A stretch of DNA of 64,000 nt, taken from the IMG/VR virus record IMGVR_UViG_3300035670_009931, positions 1-64,000 of that record; one strand, given 5' to 3'. Positions within the stretch are counted from its first letter, which is position 1. Each line of letters starts with the position of its first letter. The position numbers and the translations under genes were made by a program. This document shows, piece by piece, positions 27,547-37,028 of this stretch. The stretch is from a virus. Under the pieces are notes generated by a model. It saw only the letters and a program-made list of their open reading frames with translations. It had not been told where the DNA came from and did no database searches.

Positions 27547-30063
27547 TTATTGTCCTTCTGATACATTCTGATTCATCTTGTGCAACTTATCAAGTTCATC
27601 AGTAAATGCTTTTCCTGCTAGTTTTATATTACCAGTATCTTTCATAACGTTATATGCAACATCAATTACATCTAACATTTGTTCATTTGATGGAGTCCAT
27701 CCACTAACAGCATTTTTCAAAAATCGCATGATTGATGGAAGCGTTGTTATAAGATATTGTTTATATGCTTCTGGATCTTTTTTTGGATCACCTGTATTTT
27801 CTGTAAAACTTTCACTTGTCTTTTTTTTACTGTTGTCGTCTATATCAGAATCTGGTACAATTTTTGCAGGTATAGATTTTATATCTGCTATTTTATGTGC
27901 CCAAAATCTGTGATGACCATCTAATACTTGATAACCTTTTCTATATTTGCGTACTAAAATAGCGGGGAGTTTATCCCCTTTCTTTAGTTTTGTTACCATT
28001 CTTTTAATCTTAGTTTTGCTTTCCGTTTGATGCATCTTTTTACTAGGTTCAAAAGTAGTAAGTTTATCAATCGGTATATTAATTGTTGGTAACTTATCAA
28101 ATCCGGTATCATCTACATCTGCACCATAATATTCAGGATCGGTGTATAGTTTTATTTTACCTTCCGCCACACCTTGCTTCAATCTTGCACTTTGTAATTC
28201 ACCACTAGTAATATACTTTACCGGTAATGATTTTATGTTTGAGTCAACCGCTTTAGCCAATCTATGAAGACCATCAATTACAGTCAATTTACCATTGTTG
28301 CTTTTTGTAATCACAACAGGAACTGATATATCGGCATTTTTTAATCTGGTTATATCCGGTTCATCATATGCTAATACCCATGCCAATTTACTTACTGAAC
28401 ATTGTTTAGTTGGCTTAGTTTCTGCCATAGCCAAAACTTTATCAAAATCATATTCTACTCCGTCATGGGTAATTGATCCGCCCTCTTTATATGAGCCTTC
28501 CGTCAAACCTTTTTGTTTTGATTTCTTTGCTTTATCTAAATAATATTTTCGTAGTTCTAAATCTTTTTTTGTTGGTGTGCGAACTAAATCAAGATGTCTA
28601 TCTACCGGTTCTTCTATTATATTTTCATCGGGAACATGAATTGATTTTATGTGAGGTAGACTTGAAAATTCGTTATTATTACCGCCCGGTTCCCACATAT
28701 CTTTACCATTCTTGTCATATCTAGGCAATTTATGTAAATAGACATTTTCACCGTGTCTTAGTTTACCATTAAATAAAATCAATTGATCTTTTTGGTCGAA
28801 CATACCGGTATCAGATCCATCGGTTGTCATTCCCATTTTTATTGCAGTATTCTTATCAGCAGTTGCATATATAGCAAATCTATTACTACCTTCTTCTCCA
28901 CCAGTATCATGTGCTTGTTTAGGAACTAATACGTTAATTCTATGTTTTGAACCATGCCACAAGTATTTTTGTTTATCAGCTTGTTCACTTACTTTTTTTT
29001 TACAACTACCAGGTTTTCCTGCTGGAACACCACGTACTCTGGTATAACCGGGCCAACATTTTAATTCGTCTAACTTATCAGATTCATTGTTAGCTATCAT
29101 TTTTTCCAGCATATTGGAAGGAGTATCTTCATCACCTGCAATATATTCTATAAAATTTTCATGACGATCTTCTAATCCTTTTAGACCAGAATTTATTGTT
29201 CTTGTAACTTCAGTAGTATTTTTAAAATCAGAAACTTTTGGTTTTACACGTGCTCCCCAGTACCACAAAGCAATTTGTGCTGCAATATCTGGATCTTCTG
29301 CTAATTGTGGATTGTTTATTAAATCTTTGCCAATAGCTTTACCTGCAATTCGATAATTATATCTACCTGTTAATTGTATAAATCCACGACCTTTAAATCG
29401 TATACCATCACCAATTTTTGTGTTACCCAATCTTTTTGCTCTGTCAGGTGAATATTTTGGGTCATATCTCTTGAAATAATTTTTACCACCCTGTTCTGCT
29501 AAACGTGAAAAATCTCTAGTTTCATGGGCACATTGTGCCATAAATTGTGCAAGTTCATATCCACTTAAACCTGCTTTTTTTGCATAATTCATCAAGAATT
29601 TTTCTCTTGGGCTACTAGTTATATAATTAACAGTTGGTTGTTTAGTAGCAACTGGTTTAGCTTGTTGAGTAGCTGGTGCAGTATTAGGTGCAGTAGCTGT
29701 TGCAACCGGTTGATTTTGTTTTGGACCTGTCAATGCTTGTTTGGCGGTCATCACACCAGTAGAACCAAGTGCCACTGCACCAGCTAATCCTAAACCAAAT
29801 AATTGGTCACGCCAACCTTCTTCTAAATCATCTGAATAAAATTCATTTAATTTATTCTGTGAAACAAGTTCATTATATTTTTTTCTTGATATATACCAAG
29901 TTCCAGTTGAGGATTTTTTAAATCCAAGATCAGTCAATTGACGATCACTATAACTGCCTTTTAGTTGGCCGGGTTTTAAAAATACAATATCTTTGTATTT
30001 GTTATCTTCTGTAATATTAAATTCTGAAAAACGCATCTTGTATTTATAATTTTTTAAATACAA
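27547..30063 (-). CDS. Multidomain protein: GH19 lysozyme/chitinase-like domain plus two ParB-like nuclease (ParBc) domains
   Basis: GH19 block FKGRGFIQLTGRYNY. Two ParBc-like motifs near the C-terminus (VIDGLHRLAKAV; VLDGHHRFWAHKI). 838 aa. Confidence 0.55.
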   Translation of the reverse strand: MYLKNYKYKMRFSEFNITEDNKYKDIVFLKPGQLKGSYSDRQLTDLGFKKSSTGTWYISRKKYNELVSQNKLNEFYSDDLEEGWRDQLFGLGLAGAVALGSTGVMTAKQALTGPKQNQPVATATAPNTAPATQQAKPVATKQPTVNYITSSPREKFLMNYAKKAGLSGYELAQFMAQCAHETRDFSRLAEQGGKNYFKRYDPKYSPDRAKRLGNTKIGDGIRFKGRGFIQLTGRYNYRIAGKAIGKDLINNPQLAEDPDIAAQIALWYWGARVKPKVSDFKNTTEVTRTINSGLKGLEDRHENFIEYIAGDEDTPSNMLEKMIANNESDKLDELKCWPGYTRVRGVPAGKPGSCKKKVSEQADKQKYLWHGSKHRINVLVPKQAHDTGGEEGSNRFAIYATADKNTAIKMGMTTDGSDTGMFDQKDQLILFNGKLRHGENVYLHKLPRYDKNGKDMWEPGGNNNEFSSLPHIKSIHVPDENIIEEPVDRHLDLVRTPTKKDLELRKYYLDKAKKSKQKGLTEGSYKEGGSITHDGVEYDFDKVLAMAETKPTKQCSVSKLAWVLAYDEPDITRLKNADISVPVVITKSNNGKLTVIDGLHRLAKAVDSNIKSLPVKYITSGELQSARLKQGVAEGKIKLYTDPEYYGADVDDTGFDKLPTINIPIDKLTTFEPSKKMHQTESKTKIKRMVTKLKKGDKLPAILVRKYRKGYQVLDGHHRFWAHKIADIKSIPAKIVPDSDIDDNSKKKTSESFTENTGDPKKDPEAYKQYLITTLPSIMRFLKNAVSGWTPSNEQMLDVIDVAYNVMKDTGNIKLAGKAFTDELDKLHKMNQNVSEGQ

Positions 30064-30107
30064 AATAAAAAAGGCTACCTAAGTAGCCTCTTTTAAGTTA
30101 CATAATT

Positions 30108-30557
30108 TTAGAACTTATAACGAACCCCAGTACTTAGATTAACACCATTAAAGGTATTAACTCTAGATTGGCCAAATTGGTAAGTCATACCAACTACTCC
30201 ATCTAGACGACCAACAAGAGGAGTTGATACTTCTAGTCCTACATTCATTGCATATCCATCTACGCTAGTCTTATTGTCAAGATAAGAAACCCCTACAGTT
30301 GGAGTAAATTGGACACTGCCAACTTTAGCAAGATCATATCCACCAGTGAGGGTAAAACGATTTTGATCATCAGCCCCTACTGAACTACGACGATACTCTA
30401 CACCAGCAGAAACGAGACCAACACTATGTGATAGTGTTACTTCACCGTAGTTGCGGTTTACGTCACTGAAATCACGACCGACGTTTACACCTAGTTCAAG
30501 GGCAGATGCAGTAATAGCAGTAACAGCTAGCATAGTTGCAATAAAAATTTTCTTCAT
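30108..30557 (-). CDS. Outer-membrane beta-barrel protein (OmpA-N/OmpW-like)
   Basis: Signal peptide, alternating amphipathic beta-strands, C-terminal aromatic (…VRYKF). GC content is elevated. Confidence 0.55.
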   Translation of the reverse strand: MKKIFIATMLAVTAITASALELGVNVGRDFSDVNRNYGEVTLSHSVGLVSAGVEYRRSSVGADDQNRFTLTGGYDLAKVGSVQFTPTVGVSYLDNKTSVDGYAMNVGLEVSTPLVGRLDGVVGMTYQFGQSRVNTFNGVNLSTGVRYKF

Positions 30558-30753
30558 ATGTTTTCCTTAGTTAAAACGTTATTGTACACGAGTTGAAGAA
30601 GCTTGTAAAGTCATTTTTTGTCACAGTTTTGTAATAACAAAAATATATAATATTTGTAAATATAAATTATATGAATATGATTTATCGTAACTTATATAAA
30701 AAATAAATCGACCGCAATGATTGAGTGGTGCTGGAATTCGTAACCAGCTTAAT

Positions 30754-30780
30754 AGATCCGAAAGGATCTATTTTTATTTA
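30754..30780 (+). terminator. Small hairpin (AGATCC-GAAA-GGATCT) plus T-run with no upstream plus-strand CDS; possible end of a short ncRNA
   Basis: GNRA-like loop with a 6-bp stem, followed by ATTTTTATTT. Confidence 0.25.
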
Positions 30781-30791
30781 AAGGATGATAT

Positions 30792-31571
30792 ATGTCTAAA
30801 AAAACTTATAGAACCATAGCAATTAGTGATGTTCATTTAGGAACTAAAGATTGCAAAGCAGAACAGTTAGTCAATTTTCTAAAGAATAACTCATGTGAAC
30901 ATCTGTATCTTGTTGGTGATATAATTGATGGCTGGAAAATTAAAAGAAATAAACTCAGATGGAAACAAAGCCATACAAATGTTATTCGTAGTATACTAGG
31001 TCACGCAAAACGTGGAACAAATATTGTATATATTGCAGGAAATCATGATGAATTTATAAGACCATTTTTAACATATAAATTTAGTTTTGGGATGATTGAG
31101 ATAAAAAACCAACATGAACATATTGGTCTTGATGGAAAACACTATTTAATTGTACATGGAGATCTATTCGATGGTATTACAAGAATAGCACCGTGGATTA
31201 GTTTTTTAGGAGACCATGCATATGACATAGTTCTCAGTATAAATTCTAAATTCAATTGGATCAGAAGAAAACTTGGATTTGGGTATTGGAGCTTAAGTAA
31301 ATTTTTAAAACACAAAGTAAAACGAGCAGTAGATTTTATATTTCAATTTGAACAAAACATTTCATTATATTGTAAAAAACGTGGGTATGATGGAATAATT
31401 TGTGGCCATATTCATAAAGCAGAAATAAAAATTATAGATAAAATAACTTATATGAATTCTGGTGATTGGGTAGAAAGCTGTACTGCTTTAGTAGAAGATT
31501 GGAATGGAAAATGGTTTATTATAACTTGGGTTAAGGAAGATCATGTGGATTCTAATACTTCTAGCAATTAA
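30792..31571 (+). CDS. LpxH-like metallophosphoesterase
   Basis: DVHLG, GDIIDGW, GNHDE, HGD and GHIH blocks occur in the order typical of LpxH/MPP enzymes. Confidence 0.6.
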   Translation: MSKKTYRTIAISDVHLGTKDCKAEQLVNFLKNNSCEHLYLVGDIIDGWKIKRNKLRWKQSHTNVIRSILGHAKRGTNIVYIAGNHDEFIRPFLTYKFSFGMIEIKNQHEHIGLDGKHYLIVHGDLFDGITRIAPWISFLGDHAYDIVLSINSKFNWIRRKLGFGYWSLSKFLKHKVKRAVDFIFQFEQNISLYCKKRGYDGIICGHIHKAEIKIIDKITYMNSGDWVESCTALVEDWNGKWFIITWVKEDHVDSNTSSN

Positions 31572-31636
31572 TATTAATAATCCAAGAGATATTCCTGGAA
31601 AAATAAGTTTAGAATTTAATTCTTTAGAAGCATGTA

Positions 31637-31665
31637 TTGAAAGTGTAAATAGCTTACAATATAAT
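31637..31665 (+). promoter_or_regulatory. Sigma70-type promoter TTGAAA-N17-TATAAT upstream of the GT1 gene
   Basis: TTGAAAgtgtaaatagcttacaaTATAAT, 33 nt upstream of the ATG at 31698. Confidence 0.45.
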
Positions 31666-31697
31666 CTCAAATTTAAGAACTATAGGATTGAAGCTCA

Positions 31698-32705
31698 ATG
31701 TATAAAAAAATATTAATAATCACCGATAATTTACAAAATCAAATAAATGGAGTAGTTACAACATATACTAATTTAGCGAAATTGGCAAAATCTAAAGGAT
31801 ATGAATTAAAATTTATAGACCCAAGCAATTTTAAACATTATTCTTTGCCTAGTTATCCTGAAATAAAATTAAGCCTACCATTTAATATAAAGAAAAAAAT
31901 TAAAGAAATTGATCCTGACTATATTCATATAGCAACGGAGGGACCATTGGGTTTTGCAGCTAGGTTATATCTAGATAAGCAAAATATACATTATAACACT
32001 AGTTATCATACTAAGTTACCTGAAGCATTAAAAAAACTTTTAGGTATACCAGAATTTTTAACATGGAAGTATATCAGATGGTTTCATAAACATAGTGGTA
32101 AAGTTTTAACTACTACATTATCTATGCGTGATGAACTATTGAATAATGGATTAAAAACGGAAATCATACCATGGACTAGAGGGGTAGATCGTGAAATATT
32201 TAAACCAATAAAAACAAATAGAGAAGAAAAAATTATATTATTATGTGTAAGTAGAATTAGTAAAGAAAAAAATTTGGATGCTTTTTGTAGTTTAGATTAT
32301 CCAAATTCCAGAAAAATAATTGTTGGTGATGGCCCATATAGAAAACATCTAGAAGAAAAGTATAAAGACGTTGAGTTTACGGGATTTAAAACTGGAAAAG
32401 AATTAGCAAAATATTATCAAATGGCCGATGTTTTTGTTTTTCCAAGTACTTGGGATACATTTGGTATAGTTATGATAGAGTCCTTAGCTTGTGGAACGCC
32501 AGTAGCAGCTTTTCCAGTTACTGGTCCACGTGATATCATCGTACAAAATGTAGATGGATACTTGTCTTACAATTTAGATTATGCAATTTCTTGTTGTTTG
32601 AAAATAGATAGAAATGTAGTTGCAAAAAGTAGCGAAAAATGGACATGGGAATCTGCTTGGGAAATATTTGAAAAAAATTTAATACAATTAAAATTTAATA
32701 ATTGA
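31698..32705 (+). CDS. Glycosyltransferase family 1 (GT4-like)
   Basis: GT-B C-terminal motif (FVFPSTWDTFGIVMIESLACGTPV). Confidence 0.7.
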   Translation: MYKKILIITDNLQNQINGVVTTYTNLAKLAKSKGYELKFIDPSNFKHYSLPSYPEIKLSLPFNIKKKIKEIDPDYIHIATEGPLGFAARLYLDKQNIHYNTSYHTKLPEALKKLLGIPEFLTWKYIRWFHKHSGKVLTTTLSMRDELLNNGLKTEIIPWTRGVDREIFKPIKTNREEKIILLCVSRISKEKNLDAFCSLDYPNSRKIIVGDGPYRKHLEEKYKDVEFTGFKTGKELAKYYQMADVFVFPSTWDTFGIVMIESLACGTPVAAFPVTGPRDIIVQNVDGYLSYNLDYAISCCLKIDRNVVAKSSEKWTWESAWEIFEKNLIQLKFNN

Positions 32706-32715
32706 CTATAAAAAA

Positions 32716-33114
32716 TTAATCTTCAAAAGTAACAGTAAATTGACGGCCTTTATAAATGAATGTAACAACTTCTCCACGCTTAATAGTTACAGGAACGTTG
32801 TTGCATTTTTGAGTCCATTCATATTTACGCTGATCTTCCCCGATCCTATTACCAACACCTGCACCTACAATAGCACCGATAACAGTTGCAGCATCACGAC
32901 CGGATCCATTACCAACCTGATTTCCAATAATACCACCAGCTACCCCACCAATAACTGTACCCAATGTACTATTATTTGATTCTACTCTTTCCTGATAGCA
33001 TTGTTGTTGATAAATTGTTTGATATCTGGGTTGCACAGAGATAACTCTAGCGATATCTTCATACCCATATGAAAATGTACTTACAAAAAGTAAAGCTAGT
33101 GGCAGTTTACGCAT
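32716..33114 (-). CDS. Glycine-zipper (SlyB/17 kDa-antigen-like) exported protein
   Basis: Signal peptide plus GxxxG repeats (GGVAGGIIGNQVGNGSG...GAIVGAGVG). Confidence 0.55.
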   Translation of the reverse strand: MRKLPLALLFVSTFSYGYEDIARVISVQPRYQTIYQQQCYQERVESNNSTLGTVIGGVAGGIIGNQVGNGSGRDAATVIGAIVGAGVGNRIGEDQRKYEWTQKCNNVPVTIKRGEVVTFIYKGRQFTVTFED

Positions 33115-33132
33115 AATTAGTTTCCTATAATT

Positions 33133-33240
33133 TTATCCATATTTTCTACGAACGACACGCTTAGCCATTTCTTTTAATGATCTAGGTTTTGGTGGTTTTT
33201 TGCCTTTTAAAATTTGGCTTACCCTGCGTGGACTTGGCAT
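33133..33240 (-). CDS. 35-aa highly basic peptide (not in the ORF track)
   Basis: Hand translation gives MPSPRRVSQILKGKKPPKPRSLKEMAKRVVRRKYG. Confidence 0.25.
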   Translation of the reverse strand: MPSPRRVSQILKGKKPPKPRSLKEMAKRVVRRKYG

Positions 33241-33389
33241 ATATATTCCTTAGAATGTTGAGATATGTGAATTGTATCGCCTTTAAATATTTATGTCAAG
33301 GTTGTTTTTTATCTGTATCATAAAAAATACAATACAATCCCCATAGATGTACTAACAATAATTTTACAATTAAAGACACTAAAAATATA

Positions 33390-33878
33390 TTAATCCACAG
33401 GTTTTCCATTTTCATCTACCTCAATCCAAGTATAATCTCCTAACCATTTTACTCTGCATATGTAATCATATTCAGATGGCTTTCCAGTAAACCATTCAGT
33501 CGGACCATGCTTAACCAATCTATTAAATTTTTTTAGATTATCATAACATAGCCAATATATGTTTCCATTATATAACTTAAATTGATATTCTGCTGAATGC
33601 ACAGCATCCGTAATTTCTAATCTACGTTTTATTTTAGCAGCCTGAGATTGAAGGACTTTTACTAAGTCCATAATTCTTTCATACTCTTGTTGCGCATGCA
33701 TTCTAGCAACATTTAACATGATGTCTTTTTGTTTTGTTACTGGAACAAGATCGAATTTTGGACCACCAACTTCAGTTGGATATGGAGTCACATTTCGATT
33801 CAAGAAACTAACTAATGTTCCATCAACTTCTGTATCAAAACTAGTTCTTCCGTCCGCTGAATTTTTAGTATCACTCAT
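33390..33878 (-). CDS. Hypothetical protein
   Basis: 162-aa ORF. Confidence 0.45.
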   Translation of the reverse strand: MSDTKNSADGRTSFDTEVDGTLVSFLNRNVTPYPTEVGGPKFDLVPVTKQKDIMLNVARMHAQQEYERIMDLVKVLQSQAAKIKRRLEITDAVHSAEYQFKLYNGNIYWLCYDNLKKFNRLVKHGPTEWFTGKPSEYDYICRVKWLGDYTWIEVDENGKPVD

Positions 33879-33879
33879 A

Positions 33880-34278
33880 TTAATGACATGCTTTATTTTT
33901 ATTGAATACAGTGTATAGTATTTTACTTGCTAAATTAAAATGTTTTTCCATTATATGATTAGCCAAGCCATAAGCAATTATTCCAATATCTTTATAATAA
34001 TCATTACTTGGCCATTTTGATTTTCTGAATGGATAACTATAGATCAATAAACATTCATCACCAATTGATAATAGTTCTGAATTATTTTTTTTATGCAGTG
34101 CTTCCATTATTTGCAATGCCATTATGTTATCGCCTATATCAGTTCTTTCAAAGTTTTTAGCTAGTAAATGAACTATATATGCTTCTACTTCATGATCAAG
34201 AATTATAGAAGTTGTTTTTTCAGATTCTAGAACTAGATCATAACAAGATTTAACATATTCAAACCAAAACTTATTCAT
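33880..34278 (-). CDS. Hypothetical protein
   Basis: 132-aa ORF. Confidence 0.45.
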   Translation of the reverse strand: MNKFWFEYVKSCYDLVLESEKTTSIILDHEVEAYIVHLLAKNFERTDIGDNIMALQIMEALHKKNNSELLSIGDECLLIYSYPFRKSKWPSNDYYKDIGIIAYGLANHIMEKHFNLASKILYTVFNKNKACH

Positions 34279-34399
34279 ACTATTATTTAGAAATAAGGGT
34301 GGGGATAACAGATTTCGTAGAACTGGTTATCGGCTCTGTTGTACCATAGTAGCCTCTCACTACTACAAATTGCTATGCATATTATACTTCTACAAAAGT

Positions 34400-34663
34400 T
34401 TAATCCCCGACGAAAACGTTAGAACTTCCAGTAGCAGGTTCTCCACAAACTGATGCAGGATCTCCTTCGTTTACAACTGCGATATTATTAATAAACACAT
34501 TATTAGATCCTGCAACTATAGTTTGAGGAGTATGAGGAAATAATCCATGGCCACTAACAGTATCCCCATCAACTATCACTTCTTCATCATTTGCATATAC
34601 CGAGCTTTGGCTGGGGACTAAATCACCTCCTGCACTATCATTATCTCTGGAAATTCCTGGCAT
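34400..34663 (-). CDS. PAAR-like (gp5.4-like) spike-tip protein
   Basis: 87 aa, Gly/Val-rich beta repeats. The pattern (SGHG...TIVAGSNNVFINN...GDPASVCGE...GSSNVFVGD) resembles PAAR. Confidence 0.4.
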   Translation of the reverse strand: MPGISRDNDSAGGDLVPSQSSVYANDEEVIVDGDTVSGHGLFPHTPQTIVAGSNNVFINNIAVVNEGDPASVCGEPATGSSNVFVGD

Positions 34664-34671
34664 ATTAATAT

Positions 34672-34959
34672 TTATCGTAATGCGATGCCTGTTGTACCTT
34701 GTAGATACTGATCGGCAGCATCTTTTTTGCTTGTAACAACGGTAAATACATGACTCTTTTTTAGAGTGATAGTATCTTTATCACCTAAAAAGATCCATGG
34801 CATCATACCCAAGCCCTGTGGACCAATTGTAATAGATAGTGGTTTTGATATTGTAATGTCATCACCTTCGCTAGTATCATACCTAGCAATAAGTTCATCA
34901 CCGTTTATAAGTTTTAAACTTACAATATCACCACTCGTAAAACCTTTATTAATTAACAT
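34672..34959 (-). CDS. Hypothetical protein
   Basis: 95-aa ORF. Confidence 0.4.
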   Translation of the reverse strand: MLINKGFTSGDIVSLKLINGDELIARYDTSEGDDITISKPLSITIGPQGLGMMPWIFLGDKDTITLKKSHVFTVVTSKKDAADQYLQGTTGIALR

Positions 34960-34960
34960 T

Positions 34961-35293
34961 TTATTTTTCTTTCGTATTATTTTGATATAAAGCCTCTAGC
35001 ATTTTGTATTGCTGGTATGCTTTTTGTAATGTTTGATGTTTTTCTAACTTTTCTATATCAGGAGATAGAATAGCCAATCTTTGTTCTATTTTTTCTAAAA
35101 GTGAAACTAAATTTGTGCCCTTAATCATTATGTCGCCATTAAGATTTATTTCATCATTTATAATAACTGGATTATCAAAAATAGTTTTGTAATTATAACT
35201 AGTATTATTTGCCAGTATAATATTTGATGAACTAGGTATAGTTGTATAAAATATAGTTCCACTATTACTATCAATAGTGTTATTGGTTGTCAT
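34961..35293 (-). CDS. Hypothetical protein
   Basis: 110-aa ORF. Confidence 0.4.
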   Translation of the reverse strand: MTTNNTIDSNSGTIFYTTIPSSSNIILANNTSYNYKTIFDNPVIINDEINLNGDIMIKGTNLVSLLEKIEQRLAILSPDIEKLEKHQTLQKAYQQYKMLEALYQNNTKEK

Positions 35294-35513
35294 TTATTAA
35301 ATATTCCTTTAGTTCTTTGAACCCTCCTAAAAGTTTACCATCTAAAATAATTTGTGGAACAGTTCTAGCTGTAGGTATTTCTTCAATAAGTTCTTCCTTA
35401 GTCCATCCATCTCCGATTTTTCGTTCTTCAAAAACAATTCCACGTTGTTTAAGTAGTGCCTTTGCTTGATCACAGTATGGACAATTGTACTTACTCCAAA
35501 TTATGTTATTCAT
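35280..35513 (-). CDS. nrdC: Glutaredoxin (NrdC-like)
   Basis: CPYC active site (YNCPYCDQAK) in a 77-aa product. Confidence 0.75.
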   Translation of the reverse strand: MNNIIWSKYNCPYCDQAKALLKQRGIVFEERKIGDGWTKEELIEEIPTARTVPQIILDGKLLGGFKELKEYLINDNQ

Positions 35514-35526
35514 ATTTTATTACCTT

Positions 35527-35757
35527 TTATTTTTTACGAGGTGCAACTTCAATTAAGCATGGACTTTCTATTCTAGCAGCCATCATATGTACGTGCTTAC
35601 TCCAATCTAATAATTTATTACTTAACCAATCTAAAAATTTAACCCGCAAACATTTTTCTTTTTTTTCAATTTTGTGTAATTTTTCTAAGAGTGGTAACAA
35701 TTCTTTCCCACCTTCAGAATGTTCAAAATTTTTAATATTTGTTATTTTTTCACTCAT
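35527..35757 (-). CDS. Hypothetical protein
   Basis: 76-aa ORF. Confidence 0.4.
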   Translation of the reverse strand: MSEKITNIKNFEHSEGGKELLPLLEKLHKIEKKEKCLRVKFLDWLSNKLLDWSKHVHMMAARIESPCLIEVAPRKK

Positions 35758-35923
35758 TTTCTAATACCTCTGCCTCTACAATAATACTTGAATCACACAT
35801 TTCCTGTGCAACTTCTTCTAATGTTTTTGCTAGTTCAGAATTTAAATCAAAATCTGAATTATCTTTATCTTTTATTAATTTACTGAATTTAACAGTTATA
35901 ATTTTTGTTTCAATCTTTGCCAT
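35750..35923 (-). CDS. Small acidic hypothetical protein (not in the ORF track)
   Basis: ORF of about 57 aa with a strong RBS (AAGGAG). It overlaps the next gene's start. Confidence 0.35.
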   Translation of the reverse strand: MAKIETKIITVKFSKLIKDKDNSDFDLNSELAKTLEEVAQEMCDSSIIVEAEVLENE

Positions 35924-35933
35924 TATTTACTCC

Positions 35934-37028
35934 TTATAGATCAGGCAACTCTTCGTAGTTTAATTGTTCGCTCATTACACCGATAACATAGTTGGTAGAT
36001 TCAGTTTCTTGTAATGCAACTTGTTTTTTAGAAATGTTTATATGTTTATTAAACCAGGGTATAGGACTATTTTTTGGATAGTCTTCATTATATTTCACAC
36101 CAATATCTTTTAATCTATTATAGGCAGTGTAATCAACAAAGTTCTTTAGAATTTCAGAATTTAATCCAATTACTACACCCTTTTTAAACAAATAATCAGC
36201 CCAAGATTTTTCTTCCTTAATCACTTCTAGATATAAGTTATATACTGCTTCTTCACATAAGATTTTTGCTTTAGCAAATCTTTCATCTTCTTTAACTACT
36301 GTATTAATAATCCAAGCAGTCCATTCAGCATGTAATAATTCATCCTGTAAAATTAAACTAATAATATTACCATTACCTATATAAATCTTATTTTCCACCA
36401 TAGCTAAGCTGGTAGCAAAACTAACCATAAACCTGAATGCTTCTAATGCATAACTTGCATTTAATGCCATCCATATTGCATTTATGTGTTCTTGCTCGTC
36501 TACCATTATACCTAATTCTTTGGAACAATTCAACTTGTGCAATCTATCATAATGATCACCAATATTAGATGCCATATTAATAATTTCGTCAGTTTCATGG
36601 ATCTTGTTGAATTCATCCTTTGGAACGCCATATACATTTCTTATAATGTGACTATAGCTTTTAGAGTGGATATTGGTTTCAAAAAAGCTCCAATTGTTAA
36701 CTAACGCTTCAAGTTCGGGAATTGAAATAACAGGTCCGAAAACTTGACTCGGGGCGCGACCCTGTATGCTGTCAAGAGCAGTTTGACGTAATAGATTACT
36801 TGTAAAAATATGTTTGACAGCATTGCTGGCTTCCTTATGATCCATTTTATCTTTGGTTAAACTAATTTCTTCAGGAACCCAAAAAAATCCACGTTGTAAT
36901 TCTTCAAATTTTGCTATTTTTGGTTGGCGATACTCTTCAAATCTTTGAACAGTAACTTCGCCATCCAAGAACATTTTTCTCTTTAAATAATTTGGTTTTG
37001 TTTTTAAATCGTATTGTGCTTTTGACAT
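35934..37028 (-). CDS. nrdB: Ribonucleoside-diphosphate reductase beta subunit
   Basis: Ferritin-like class Ia R2 with a diiron ExxH motif (ILQDELLHAEW). 364 aa. Confidence 0.8.
   Translation of the reverse strand: MSKAQYDLKTKPNYLKRKMFLDGEVTVQRFEEYRQPKIAKFEELQRGFFWVPEEISLTKDKMDHKEASNAVKHIFTSNLLRQTALDSIQGRAPSQVFGPVISIPELEALVNNWSFFETNIHSKSYSHIIRNVYGVPKDEFNKIHETDEIINMASNIGDHYDRLHKLNCSKELGIMVDEQEHINAIWMALNASYALEAFRFMVSFATSLAMVENKIYIGNGNIISLILQDELLHAEWTAWIINTVVKEDERFAKAKILCEEAVYNLYLEVIKEEKSWADYLFKKGVVIGLNSEILKNFVDYTAYNRLKDIGVKYNEDYPKNSPIPWFNKHINISKKQVALQETESTNYVIGVMSEQLNYEELPDL

Noticed and set aside
31488-31670. 60-aa minus-strand ORF
   Set aside because: It overlaps the 3' end of the plus-strand LpxH-like gene and the promoter of the GT1 gene. 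It is low complexity.
34672-34959. GroES/gp31-like co-chaperonin
   Set aside because: Similarity limited to size and a vague beta-rich pattern. No mobile-loop or conserved GroES motifs.
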